From Centroscyllium fabricii (lineage: Eukaryota), in NCBI GenBank assembly GCA_051313645.2, contig JBNRSN020000167.1, forward strand, positions 186,001 to 250,000: a stretch of 64,000 bases of DNA. Direction: 5' to 3'. Of the stretch, positions 1 to 12,800 are shown piece after piece. Below the pieces are notes generated by a model that saw only the letters and a program-made list of their open reading frames with translations, was not told the origin of the DNA and did no database searches. A program made the position numbers and the translations under genes. Numbering within the stretch: the first letter of the stretch is position 1; every line of letters begins with the position of its first letter.

Positions 1-2429
1 CGTCTCCCAGCAATGCCGTCTTCCAGCAATGCCGTCTCCCAGCAATTCCGTCTCCCAGCAATGCCGTCTCCCAGTATTGCCGTCTCCCAGTAATGCCGTG
101 GGCCAGTAATGCAGTCTCCCAGTAATGCAGTCTCCCAGTAATGCAGTCTCCCAGTAATGCAGTCTCCCAGTAATGCAGTCTCCCAGTAATGCAGTCTCCC
201 ACTAATGCATTCTCCCAGTAATGCAGTCTCCCAGTAATGCAGTCTCCCAGGAATGCAGTATCCCAGCAATGCAGTCACCCAGCAATGCCGTCTCCCAGCA
301 ATGCCGTCTCCCAGCAATGCCGTCTCCCAGCAATGCCGTCTCCCAGCAAAGCAGTCTCCCAGCAAGGCAGTCTCCCAGCAAGGCAGTCTCCCAGCAAGGA
401 AGTCTCCCCACAAGGCAGTCACCCAGCAAGCCAGTCTCCCAGAAATGCAGTCTCCCAGTAATGCAGTCTCCCAGTAATGCAGTCTCCCAGTAATGCAGTC
501 TCCCAGTAATGCAGTCTCCGAGCAACGCAGTCTCCGAGCAACGCAGTATCCCAGCAACGCAGTATCCCAGCAACGCAGTCTCCCAGCAACGCAGTCTCCC
601 AGCAACGCCATCTCCCAGTAACGCAGTCTCCCAGTAACGCAGTCTCCCAGTAACGCAGTCTCCCAGTAACGCAGTCTCCCAGTAACATCGTCTCCCAGTA
701 ACGCGGTCGACAAGTAACGCGGTCGACAAGTAACGCGGTCCCCCAGTAATGCAGTCTCCCAGCAATGCAGTCTCCCAGCAACATTGTCTCCAAGTAACGC
801 AGTCTCCCAGTAACGCAGTCTGCCAGTAACGCAGTCTCCCAGTAACATTGTCTCCCAGTAACGCAGTCTCCCAGCAATCCAGTTGCCAAGTAACGCGGTC
901 CCCCAGTAATGCAGTCTCCCAGCAACGCAGTCTCCCAGCAACGCATTCTCCCAGCAATGCAGTCTCCCAGTAATGCAGTCTGCCAGTAATGCAGTCTCCC
1001 AGTAACGCAGTCTCCAGTAACGCAGTCTCCCAGTAATGCAGTCTCCCAGTAATGCAGTCTCCCAGTAATGCAGTCTCCCAGTAATGCAGTCTCCCAGTAA
1101 TGCTGTCTCCCAGTAATGCAGTCTCCCAGTAATGCAGTCTCCCAGCAATGCCGTCTCCCAGCAATGCCGTCTCCCAGCAATGCCGTCTCCCAGCAATGCC
1201 GTCTCCCAGCAATGCCGTCTCCCAGCAATGCCGTCTCCCAGCAATGCCGTCTTTCAGCAATGCCGTCTCCCAGCAATTCCATCTCCCAGCAATGCCGTCT
1301 CCCAGTATTGCCGTCTCCCAGTAATGCCGTGGGCCAGTAATGCAGTCTCCCAGTAATGCAGTCTCCCAGTAATGCAGTCTCCCAGTAATGCAGTCTCCCA
1401 GTAATGCAGTCTCCCAGTAATGCAGTCTCCCAGTAATGCAGTCTCCCAGGAATGCAGTCTCCCAGCAATGCAGTCACCCAGCAATGCCGTCTCCCAGCAA
1501 TGCCATCTCCCAGCAATGCCGTCTCCCAGCAACGCCGTTTCCCAGCAAAGCAGTCTCCCAGCAAGGCAGTCTCCCAGCAAGGCAGTCTCCCAGCAAGGAA
1601 GTCTCCCCGCAAGGCAGTCTCCCAGCAAGCCAGTCTCCCAGAAATGCAGTCTCCCAGTAATGCAGTCTCCCAGTAATGCAGTCTCCCAGTAATGCTGTCT
1701 CCCAGTAATGCAGTCTCCCAGTAATGCAGTCTCCCAGTAATGCAGTCTCCGAGCAACGCAGTATCCCAGCAACGCAGTATCCCAGTAACGCAGTCTCCCA
1801 GTAACGCAGTCTCCCAGCAACATTGTCTCCAAGTAACGCAGTCTCCCAGAAACGCAGTCTGCCAGTAACGCAGTCTCCCAGTAACATCGTCTCCCAGTAA
1901 TGCGGTCGACAAGTAACGCGGTCCCCCAGTAATGCAGTCTCCCAGCAATGCAGTCTCCCAGTAACGCAGTCTCCCAGCAACATTGTCTCCAAGTAACGCA
2001 GTCTCCCAGTAACGCAGTCTGCCAGTAACGCAGTCTCCCAGTAACATTGTCTCCCAGTAACGCAGTCTCCCAGCAATCCAGTTGCCAAGTAACGCGGTCT
2101 CCCAGCAATGCAGTCTCCCAGCAATGCAGTCTCCCAGCAACGCAGTCTCCCAGCAATGCATTCTCCCAGCAACGCAGTCTCCCAGTAATGCAGTCTGCCA
2201 GTAATGCAGTCTCCCAGTAACGCAGTCTCCAGTAACGCAGTCTCCCATTAATGCAGTCTCCCAGTAATGCAGTCTCCCAGTAACGCATTCTCCCAGTAAC
2301 GCAGTCTCCCAGTAACGCAGTCTCCCAGTCACGCAGACTACCAGTAACGCAGTCTCCCAGCAACACAGTCTCCTAGTTACACAGTCTCCCAGTAACGCAG
2401 TCTCCCAGCAACATGGTCTCCCAGCAAAG

Positions 2430-5400
2430 CAGTCTCCCAGCAATTCAGTCTCCCAGTAATGAAATCTCCCAGCAACATTGTCTCCCAGTAATGCTGTCTC
2501 CCAGTAACGCAGTCTCCCAGTAACGCAGTCTCCCAGCAATGCAGTCTCCCAGTAACACAGTTACCCAATAAATGCCGTCTCCCAGCAATGCAATATCCCA
2601 GTAATACAGTCTCCCAGTAACACTGTCTCCCAGCAACATCCGCTCAGAGTAACGCAGTCTCCCAGTAACGCAGTCTCCCAGCAACGCAGCCTCCCAGTAA
2701 AGCAGTCTCCCAGTAACGCAGTCTCCCAGTAACGCAGTCCACCAGTAACACAGTCTACCAGTAATGCAGTCTCCCAGCAAAGCAGTCTGCCAGTAACGCA
2801 GTCCCCCCGCAACACAGTCTCCTAGTTACGCAGTCTCCCAGTAAGGCAGTCTCCCAGCAACGCAGTCTCCCAGCAACGCAGTCTCCAAGTAACGCAGTTC
2901 CCAGTAACGCAGTCTCCCAGTAACGCAGTCTCCCAGTAACATCGTCTCCCAGCAATGCAGTTGCCAAGTAACGCAGACTACCAGCAATGCAGTCTCCCAG
3001 CAATGCAGTCTCCCAGAAATACAGTCTCCCAGGAATGCAGTCTCCCAGTAATGCAGTCTCCCAGTAATGCAGTCTCCCAGTAATGCAGTCTCCCAGTAAT
3101 GCAGTCTCCCAGTAATGCAGTCTCCCAGTAACGCAGTCTTCCAGTAACGCAGTCTCCAGTAACGCAGTCTCCCAGTAATGCAGTCTCCCAGTAATGCAGT
3201 CTCCCAGTAATGCAGTCTCCCAGTAATGCAGTCTCCCAGTAATGCAGTCTCCCAGTAATGCAGTCTCCCAGTAATGCAGTCTCCCAGCAATGCCGTCTCC
3301 CAGCAATGCCGTCTCCCAGCAATGCCGTCTCCCAGCAATGCCGTCTCCCAGCAATGCCGTCTTCCAGCAATGCCGTCTCCCAGCAATTCCGTCTCCCAGC
3401 AATGCCGTCTCCCAGTATTGCCGTCTCCCAGTAATGCCGTGGGCCAGTAATGCAGTCTCCCAGTAATGCAGTCTCCCAGTAATGCAGTCTCCCAGTAATG
3501 CAGTCTCCCACTAATGCATTCTCCCAGTAATGCAGTCTCCCAGTAATGCAGTCTCCCAGGAATGCAGTATCCCAGCAATGCAGTCACCCAGCAATGCCGT
3601 CTCCCAGCAATGCCGTCTCCCAGCAATGCCGTCTCCCAGCAATGCCGTCTCCCAGCAAAGCAGTCTCCCAGCAAGGCAGTCTCCCAGCAAGGCAGTCTCC
3701 CAGCAAGGAAGTCTCCCCACAAGGCAGTCACCCAGCAAGCCAGTCTCCCAGAAATGCAGTCTCCCAGTAATGCAGTCTCCCAGTAATGCAGTCTCCCAGT
3801 AATGCAGTCTCCCAGTAATGCAGTCTCCGAGCAACGCAGTCTCCGAGCAACGCAGTATCCCAGCAACGCAGTATCCCAGCAACGCAGTCTCCCAGCAACG
3901 CAGTCTCCCAGCAACGCCATCTCCCAGTAACGCAGTCTCCCAGTAACGCAGTCTCCCAGTAACGCAGTCTCCCAGTAACGCAGTCTCCCAGTAACATCGT
4001 CTCCCAGTAACGCGGTCGACAAGTAACGCGGTCGACAAGTAACGCGGTCCCCCAGTAATGCAGTCTCCCAGCAATGCAGTCTCCCAGCAACATTGTCTCC
4101 AAGTAACGCAGTCTCCCAGTAACGCAGTCTGCCAGTAACGCAGTCTCCCAGTAACATTGTCTCCCAGTAACGCAGTCTCCCAGCAATCCAGTTGCCAAGT
4201 AACGCGGTCCCCCAGCAAAGCAGTCTCCCAGCAATGCAGTCTCCCAGCAACGCAGTCTCCCAGCAACGCATTCTCCCAGCAACGCAGTCTCCCAGTAATG
4301 CAGTCTGCCAGTAATGCAGTCTCCCAGTAACGCAGTCTCCAGTAACGCAGTCTCCCATTAATGCAGTCTCCCAGTAATGCAGTCTCCCAGTAATGCATTC
4401 TCCCAGTAACGCAGTCTCCCAGTAACGCAGTCTCCCAGTCACGCAGACTACCAGTAACGCAGTCTCCCAGCAACACAGTCTCCTAGTTACGCAGTCTCCC
4501 AGTAACGCAGTCTCCCAGCAACGCAGTCTCCCAGCAACATGGTCTCCCAGCAAAGCAGTCTCCCAGCAATTCAGTCTCCCAGTAATGAAATCTCCCAGCA
4601 ACATTGTCTCCCAGTAATGCTGTCTCCTAGTAACGCAGCCTCCCAGTAACGCAGTCTCCCAGCAATGCAGTCTCCCAGTAACACAGTTACCCAATAAATG
4701 CCGTCTCCCAGCAATGCAATATCCCAGTAATACAGTCTCCCAGTAACACTGTCTCCCAGCAACATCCGCTCAGAGTAATGCAGTCTCCCAGTAACGCAGT
4801 CTCCCAGCAACGCAGCCTCCCAGTAAAGCAGTCTCCCAGTAACGCAGTCTCCCAGTAACGCAGTCCACCAGTAACACAGTCTACCAGTAATGCAGTCTCC
4901 CAGCAAAGCAGTCTGCCAGTAACGCAGTCCCCCCGCAACACAGTCTCCTAGTTACGCAGTCTCCCAGTAAGACAGTCTCCCAGCAACGCAGTCTCCCAGC
5001 AACGCAGTCTCCAAGTAATGCAGTTCCCAGTAACGCAGTCTCCCAGTAACGCAGTCTCCCAGTAACATCGTCTCCCAGTAACGCAGTCTCCCAGCAATGC
5101 AGTTGCCAAGTAACGCAGTCTACCAGCAATGCAGTCTACCAGCAATGCAGTCTCCCAGAAATGCAGTCTCCCAGGAATGCAGTCTCCCAGTAATGCAGTC
5201 TCCCAGTAACGCAGTCTCCCAGTAACGCAGACTACCAGTAACGCAGTCTCCCAGCAATGCAGTCTCCCAGCAATGTAGTCCCCCCGCAACACAGTCTCCT
5301 AGTTACGCAGTCTCCCAGTAACGCAGTCTCCCAGCAACGCAGTCTCCCAGCAACATTGTCTCCCAGCAAAGCAGTCTCCCAGAAATTCAGTCTCCCAGTA

Positions 5401-8400
5401 ATGAAATCTCCCAGCAACATTGTCTCCCAGTAATGCTGTCTCCCAGTAATGCAGTCTCCCAGTAACGCAGTCTCCCAGCAATGCAGTCTCCCAGTAACAC
5501 AGTTACCCAATAAATGCCGTCTCCCAGGAATGCAATATCCCAGTAATACAGTCTCCCAGTAACACTGTCTCCCAGCAACATCCGCTCAGAGTAACGCCGT
5601 CTCCCAGCAACGCAGTCTCCCAGCAACGCAGCCTCCCAGTAAAGCAGTCTCCCAGTAACGCAGTCTCCCAGTAACGCAGTCCACCAGTAACGCTGTCTAC
5701 CAGTAATGCAGTCTCCCAGCAACGCAGTCTGCCAGTAACGCAGTCCCCCCGCAACACAGTCTCCTAGTTACGCAGTCTCCCAGTAATGCAGTCTCCCAGC
5801 AATGCAGTCTCCCAGCAACGCAGTCTCCAAGTAACACAGTTCCCAGTAACGCAGTCTCCCAGTGACGCAGTCTCCCAGTAACATCGTCTCCCAGTAACGC
5901 AGTCTCCCAGCAATGCAGTTGCCAAGTAACGCAGTCTTCCAGCAATGCAGTCTCCCAGCAATGCAGTCTCCCAGCAATTCAGTCTCCCAGCAATGCAGTC
6001 TTCCAGCAATGCAGTCTTCCAGCAATGCAGCCTCCCAGCAATGCAGTCTCCCAGTAATGCAATCTCCCAGTAATGCAGTCTGCCAGTAATGCTGTCTCCC
6101 AGTAATGCAGTCACCCAGTAATACAGTCTCCCAGCAATTCAGTCTCCCAGTAATGAAATCTCCCAGCAACATTGTCTCCCAGTAATGCTGTCTCCTAGTA
6201 ACGCAGTCTCCCAGTAACGCAGTCTCCCAGCAATGCAGTCTCCCAGTAACACAGTTACCCAATAAATGCCGTCTCCCAGCAATGCAATATCCCAGTAATA
6301 CAGTCTCCCAGTAACACTGTCTCCCAGCAACATCCGCTCAGAGTAACGCAGTCTCCCAGTAACGCAGTCTCCCAGCAACGCAGCCTCCCAGTAAAGCAGT
6401 CTCCCAGTAACGCAGTCTCCCAGTAACGCAGTCCACCAGTAACACAGTCTACCAGTAATGCAGTCTCCCAGCAAAGCAGTCTGCCAGTAACGCAGTCCCC
6501 CCGCAACACAGTCTCCTAGTTACGCAGTCTCCCAGTAAGGCAGTCTCCCAGCAACGCAGTCTCCCAGCAATGCAGTCTCCAAGTAACGCAGTTCCCAGTA
6601 ACGCAGTCTCCCAGTAACGCAGTCTCCCAGTAACATCGTCTCCCAGTAACGCAGTCTCCCAGCAATGCAGTTGCCAAGTAACGCAGTCTACCAGCAATGC
6701 AGTCTACCAGCAATGCAGTCTCCCAGAAATGCAGTCTCCCAGGAATGCAGTCTCCCAGTAATGCAGTCTCCCAGTAATGCAGTCTCCCAGTAATGCAGTC
6801 TCCCAGTAATGCAGTCTTCCAGTAACGCAGTCTCCAGTAACGCAGTCTCCCAGTAATGCAGTCTCCCAGTAATGCAGTCTCCCAGTAATGCAGTCTCCCA
6901 GTAATGCAGTCTCCCAGTAATGCAGTCTCCCAGTAATGCTGTCTCCCAGTAATGCAGTCTCCCAGTAATGCAGTCTCCCAGCAATGCCGTCTCCCAGCAA
7001 TGCCGTCTCCCAGCAATGCCGTCTCCCAGCAATGCCGTCTCCCAGCAATGCCGTCTCCCAGCAATGCCGTCTCCCAGCAATGCCGTCTTCCAGCAATGCC
7101 GTCTCCCAGCAATTCCGTCTCCCAGCAATGCCGTCTCCCAGTATTGCCGTCTCCCAGTAATGCCGTGGGCCAGTAATGCAGTCTCCCAGTAATGCAGTCT
7201 CCCAGTAATGCAGTCTCCCAGTAATGCAGTCTCCCAGTAATGCAGTCTCCCAGTAATGCAGTCTCCCAGTAATGCAGTCTCCCAGTAATGCAGTCTCCCA
7301 GGAATGCAGTATCCCAGCAATGCAGTCACCCAGCAATGCCGTCTCCCAGCAATGCCGTCTCCCAGCAATGCCGTCTCCCAGCAATGCCGTCTCCCAGCAA
7401 AGCAGTCTCCCAGCAAGGCAGTCTCCCAGCAAGGCAGTCTCCCAGCAAGGAAGTCTCCCCACAAGGCAGTCACCCAGCAAGCCAGTCTCCCAGAAATGCA
7501 GTCTCCCAGTAATGCAGTCTCCCAGTAATGCAGTCTCCCAGTAATGCAGTCTCCTAGTAATGCAGTCTCCCAGTAATGCAGTCTCCGAGCAACGCAGTAT
7601 CCCAGCAATGCAGTATCCCAGCAACGCAGTCTCCCAGCAACGCAGTCTCCCAGCAACGCCATCTCCCAGTAACGCAGTCTCCCAGTAATGCAGTCTCCCA
7701 GTAACGCAGTCTCCCAGTAACATCGTCTCCCAGTAACGCGGTCGACAAGTAACGCGGTCGACAAGTAACGCGGTCCCCCAGTAATGCAGTCTCCCAGCAA
7801 TGCAGTCTCCCAGCAACATTGTCTCCAAGTAACGCAGTCTCCCAGTAACGCAGTCTGCCAGTAACGCAGTCTCCCAGTAACATTGTCTCCCAGTAACGCA
7901 GTCTCCCAGCAATCCAGTTGCCAAGTAACGCGGTCCCCCAGCAATGCAGTCTCCCAGCAATGCAGTCTCCCAGCAACGCAGTCTCCCAGCAACGCAGTCT
8001 CCCAGCAACGCATTCTCCCAGCAACGCATTCTCCCAGCAACGCAGTCTCCCAGTAATGCAGTCTGCCAGTAATGCAGTCTCCCAGTAACGCAGTCTCCAG
8101 TAACGCAGTCTCCCATTAATGCAGTCTCCCAGTAATGCAGTCTCCCAGTAATGCATTCTCCCAGTAACGCAGTCTCCCAGTAACGCAGTCTCCCAGTCAC
8201 GCAGACTACCAGTAACGCAGTCTCCCAGCAACACAGTCTCCTAGTTACGCAGTCTCCCAGTAACGCAGTCTCCCAGCAACGCAGTCTCCCAGCAACATGG
8301 TCTCCCAGCAAAGCAGTCTCCCAGCAATTCAGTCTCCCAGTAATGAAATCTCCCAGCAACATTGTCTCCCAGCAATGCTGTCTCCTAGTAACGCAGCCTC

Positions 8401-9885
8401 CCAGTAACGCAGTCTCCCAGCAATGCAGTCTCCCAGTAACACAGTTACCCAATAAATGCCGTCTCCCAGCAATGCAATATCCCAGTAATACAGTCTCCCA
8501 GTAACACTGTCTCCCAGCAACATCCGCTCAGAGTAATGCAGTCTCCCAGTAACGCAGTCTCCCAGCAACGCAGCCTCCCAGTAAAGCAGTCTCCCAGTAA
8601 CGCAGTCTCCCAGTAACGCAGTCCACCAGTAACACAGTCTACCAGTAATGCAGTCTCCCAGCAAAGCAGTCTGCCAGTAACGCAGTCCCCCCGCAACACA
8701 GTCTCCTAGTTACGCAGTCTCCCAGTAAGGCAGTCTCCCAGCAACGCAGTCTCCCAGCAACGCAGTCTCCAAGTAACGCAGTTCCCAGTAACGCAGTCTC
8801 CCAGTAACGCAGTCTCCCAGTAACATCGTCTCCCAGTAACGCAGTCTCCCAGCAATGCAGTTGCCAAGTAACGCAGTCTACCAGCAATGCAGTCTACCAG
8901 CAATGCAGTCTCCCAGAAATGCAGTCTCCCAGGAATGCAGTCTCCCAGTAATGCAGTCTCCCAGTAACGCAGTCTCCCAGTAACGCAGACTACCAGTAAC
9001 GCAGTCTCCCAGCAATGCAGTCTCCCAGCAATGTAGTCCCCCCGCAACACAGTCTCCTAGTTACGCAGTCTCCCAGTAACGCAGTCTCCCAGCAACGCAG
9101 TCTCCCAGCAACATTGTCTCCCAGCAAAGCAGTCTCCCAGAAATTCACTCTCCCAGTAATGAAATCTCCCAGCAACATTGTCTCCCAGTAATGCTGTCTC
9201 CCAGTAACGCAGTCTCCCAGTAACGCAGTCTCCCAGCAATGCAGTCTCCCAGTAACACAGTTACCCAATAAATGCCGTCTCCCAGGAATGCAATATCCCA
9301 GTAATACAGTCTCCCAGTAACACTGTCTCCCAGCAACATCCGCTCAGAGTAACGCCGTCTCCCAGCAACGCAGTCTCCCAGCAACGCAGCCTCCCAGTAA
9401 AGCAGTCTCCCAGTAACGCAGTCTCCCAGTAACGCAGTCCACCAGTAACGCTGTCTACCAGTAATGCAGTCTCCCAGCAACGCAGTCTGCCAGTAACGCA
9501 GTCCCCCCGCAACACAGTCTCCTAGTTACGCAGTCTCCCAATAATGCAGTCTCCCAGCAACGCAGTCTCCCAGCAACGCAGTCTCCAAGTAACACAGTTC
9601 CCAGTAACGCAGTCTCCCAGTGATGCAGTCTCCCAGTAACATCGTCTCCCAGTAACGCAGTCTCCCAGCAATGCAGTTGCCAAGTAACGCAGTCTTCCAG
9701 CAATGCAGTCACCCAGCAATGCAGTCACCCAGCAATTCAGTCTCCCAGCAATGCAGTCTTCCAGCAATGCAGTCTTCCAGCAATGCAGTCTCCCAGCAAT
9801 GCAGTCTCCCAGTAATGCAATCTCCCAGTAATGCAGTCTGCCAGTAATGCTGTCTCCCAGTAATGCAGTCACCCAGTAATACAGT
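2430..9885. repeat. Higher-order tandem duplication, unit ~3.7 kb (copy 1 ~2,430-6,125; copy 2 ~6,126-9,885)
   Basis: Landmark CATCCGCTCAGAG lies at 2637/4763/5579 and again at 6331/8521/9337 (offsets 3694, 3758, 3758). CAATTCAG at 2441 pairs with 6135 and TCACCCAGTAATACAG at 6111 pairs with 9869. Identical ORF-track peptides occur at 3530 and 7272. Confidence 0.9.
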
Positions 9886-12800
9886 CACCCAGTAATGCAG
9901 TCTCCCAGTAATGCAGTGCCCCTGTAATGCAGTGTCCCAGTAATGCAGTCTCTCAGTAATGCAGTCTCCCAGTAATGCAGTCTCCCAGAAATGCAGTCTC
10001 CCACTAATGCACTCTCCCAGTAATGCAGTCTCCCAGAAATGCCGTCTCCCAGCAATGCCGTCTCCCAGCAATGCCGTCTCCCAGCAATGCCGTCTCCCTG
10101 CAATGCCGTCTCCCAGCAATGCCGTCTCCCAGCAATTCCGTCTCCCAGCAATGCCGTCTCCCAGTATTGCCGTCTCCCAGTAATGCTGTGGGCCAGTAAT
10201 GCAGTCTCCCAGTAATGCAGTCTCCCAGTAATGCAGTCTCCCAGTAATGCAGTCTCCCAGTAATGCAGTCTCCCAGGAATGCAGTCTCCCAGCAATGCAG
10301 TCTCCCAGCAATGCCTTCTCCCAGCAATGCCGTCTCCCAGCAATGCCGTCTCCCAGCAACGCCGTCTACCAGCAAAGCAGTCTCCCAGCAACGCCGTCTC
10401 CCAGCAAAGCAGTCTCCCAGCAAGGCAGTCTCCCAGCAAGGAAGTCTCCCAGCAAGGAAGTCTCCCCGCAAGGCAGTCTCCCAGCAAGCCAGTCTCCCAG
10501 AAATGCAGTCTCCCAGGAATGCAGTCTCCCAGTAATGCGGTCTCCCAGTAATGCAGTCTCCCAGTAATGCAGTCTCCCAGTAATGCAGTCTCCCAGTAAT
10601 GCAGTCTCCCAGTAATGCAGTCTCCCAGTAATGCAGTCTCCCAGTAATGCAGTCTCCCAGTAATGCAGTCTCCGAGCAACGCAGTATCCCAGCAACACAG
10701 TATCCCAGCAACGCAGTCTCCCAGCAACGCAGTCTCCCAGCAACGCCGTCTCCCAGTAACACAGTCTCCCAGTAACGCAGTCTCCCAGTAACGCAGTCTC
10801 CCAGCAACATTGTCTCCAAATAACGCAGTCTCCCAGAAACACAGTCTGCCAGTAACGCAGTCTCCCAGTAACATCGTCTCCCAGTAACGCGGTCGACAAG
10901 TAACGCGGTCCCCCAGTAATGCAGTCTCCCAGCAATGCAGTCTCCCAGCAATGCAGTCTCCCAGTAACGCAGTCTCCCAGCAACATTGTCTCCAAGTAAC
11001 GCAGTCTCCCAGTAACGCAGTCTGCCAGTAACGCAGTCTCCCAGTAACATTGTCTCCCAGTAACGCAGTCTCCCAGCAATCCAGTTGCCAAGTAACGCGG
11101 TACCCCAGTAATGCAGTCTCCCAGCAATGCAGTCTCCCAGCAACGCAGTCTCCCAGCAACGCATTCTCCCAGCAACGCAGTCTCCCAGTAATGCAGTCTG
11201 CCAGTAATGCAGTCTCCCAGTAACGCAGTCTCCAGTAACGCAGTCTCCCATTAATGCAGTCTCCCAGTAATGCAGTCTCCCAGTAATGCATTCTCCCAGT
11301 AACGCAGTCTCCCAGTAACGCAGTCTCCCAGTCACGCAGACTACCAGTAACGCAGTCTCCCAGCAACACAGTCTCCTAGTTACGCAGTCTCCCAGTAACG
11401 CAGTCTCCCAGCAACGCAGTCTCCCAGCAACATGGTCTCCCAGCAAAGCAGTCTCCCAGCAATTCAGTCTCCCAGTAATGAAATCTCCCAGCAACATAGT
11501 CTCCCAGTAATGCTGTCTCCTAGTAATGCAGTCTCCCAGTAACGCAGTCTCCCAGCAATGCAGTCTCCCAGTAACACAGTTACCCAATAAATGCCGTCTC
11601 CCAGCAATGCAATATCCCAGTAATACAGTCTCCCAGTAACACTGTCTCCCAGCAACATCCGCTCAGAGTAACGCAGTCTCCCAGTAACGCAGTCTCCCAG
11701 CAACGCAGCCTCCCAGTAAAGCAGTCTCCCAGTAACGCAGTCTCCCAGTAACGCAGTCCACCAGTAACACAGTCCACCAGTAATGCAGTCTCCCAGCAAA
11801 GCAGTCTGCCAGTAACGCAGTCCCCCCGCAACGCAGCCTCCCAGTAAAGCAGTCTCCCAGTAACACAGTCTCCTAGTTACGCAGTCTCCCAGTAAGGCAG
11901 TCTCCCAGCAACGCAGTCTCCCAGCAACGCAGTCTCCAAGTAACGCAGTTCCCAGTAACGCAGTCTCCCAGTAACGCAGACTCCCAGTAACATCGTCTCC
12001 CAGTAACGCAGTCTCCCAGCAATGCAGTTGCCAAGTAACGCAGTCTACCAGCAATGCAGTCTACCAGCAATGCAGTCTCCCAGAAATGCAGTCTCCCAGG
12101 AATGCAGTCTCCCAGTAATGCAGTCTCCCAGTAATGCAGTCTCCCAGTAATGCAGTCTGCCAGTAATGCAGTCTCCCAGTAACGCAGTCTCCAGTAACGC
12201 AGTCTCCCAGTAATGCAGTCTCCCAGTAATGCAGTCTCCCAGTAATGCAGTCTCCCAGTAATGCAGTCTCCCAGTAATGCTGTCTCCCAGTAATGCAGTC
12301 TCCCAGTAATGCAGTCTCCCAGTAATGCAGTCTCCCAGCAATGCCGTCTCCCAGCAATGCCGTCTCCCAGCAATGCCGTCTCCCAGCAATGCCGTCTCCC
12401 AGCAATGCCGTCTCCCAGCAATGCCGTCTCCCAGCAATGCCGTCTTCCAGCAATGCCGTCTCCCAGCAACTCCGTCTCCCAGCAATGCCGTCTCCCAGTA
12501 TTGCCGTCTCCCAGTAATGCCGTGGGCCAGTAATGCAGTCTCCCAGTAATGCAGTCTCCCAGTAATGCAGTCTCCCAGTAATGCAGTCTCCCAGTAATGC
12601 AGTCTCCCAGTAATGCAGTCTCCCAGGAATGCAGTATCCCAGCAATGCAGTCACCCAGCAATGCCGTCTCCCAGCAATGCCGTCTCCCAGCAATGCCGTC
12701 TACCAGCAACGCCGTCTCCCAGCAAAGCAGTCTCCCAGCAAGGCAGTCTCCCAGCAAGGCAGTCTCCCAGCAAGGAAGTCTCCCCGCAAGGCAGTCTCCC

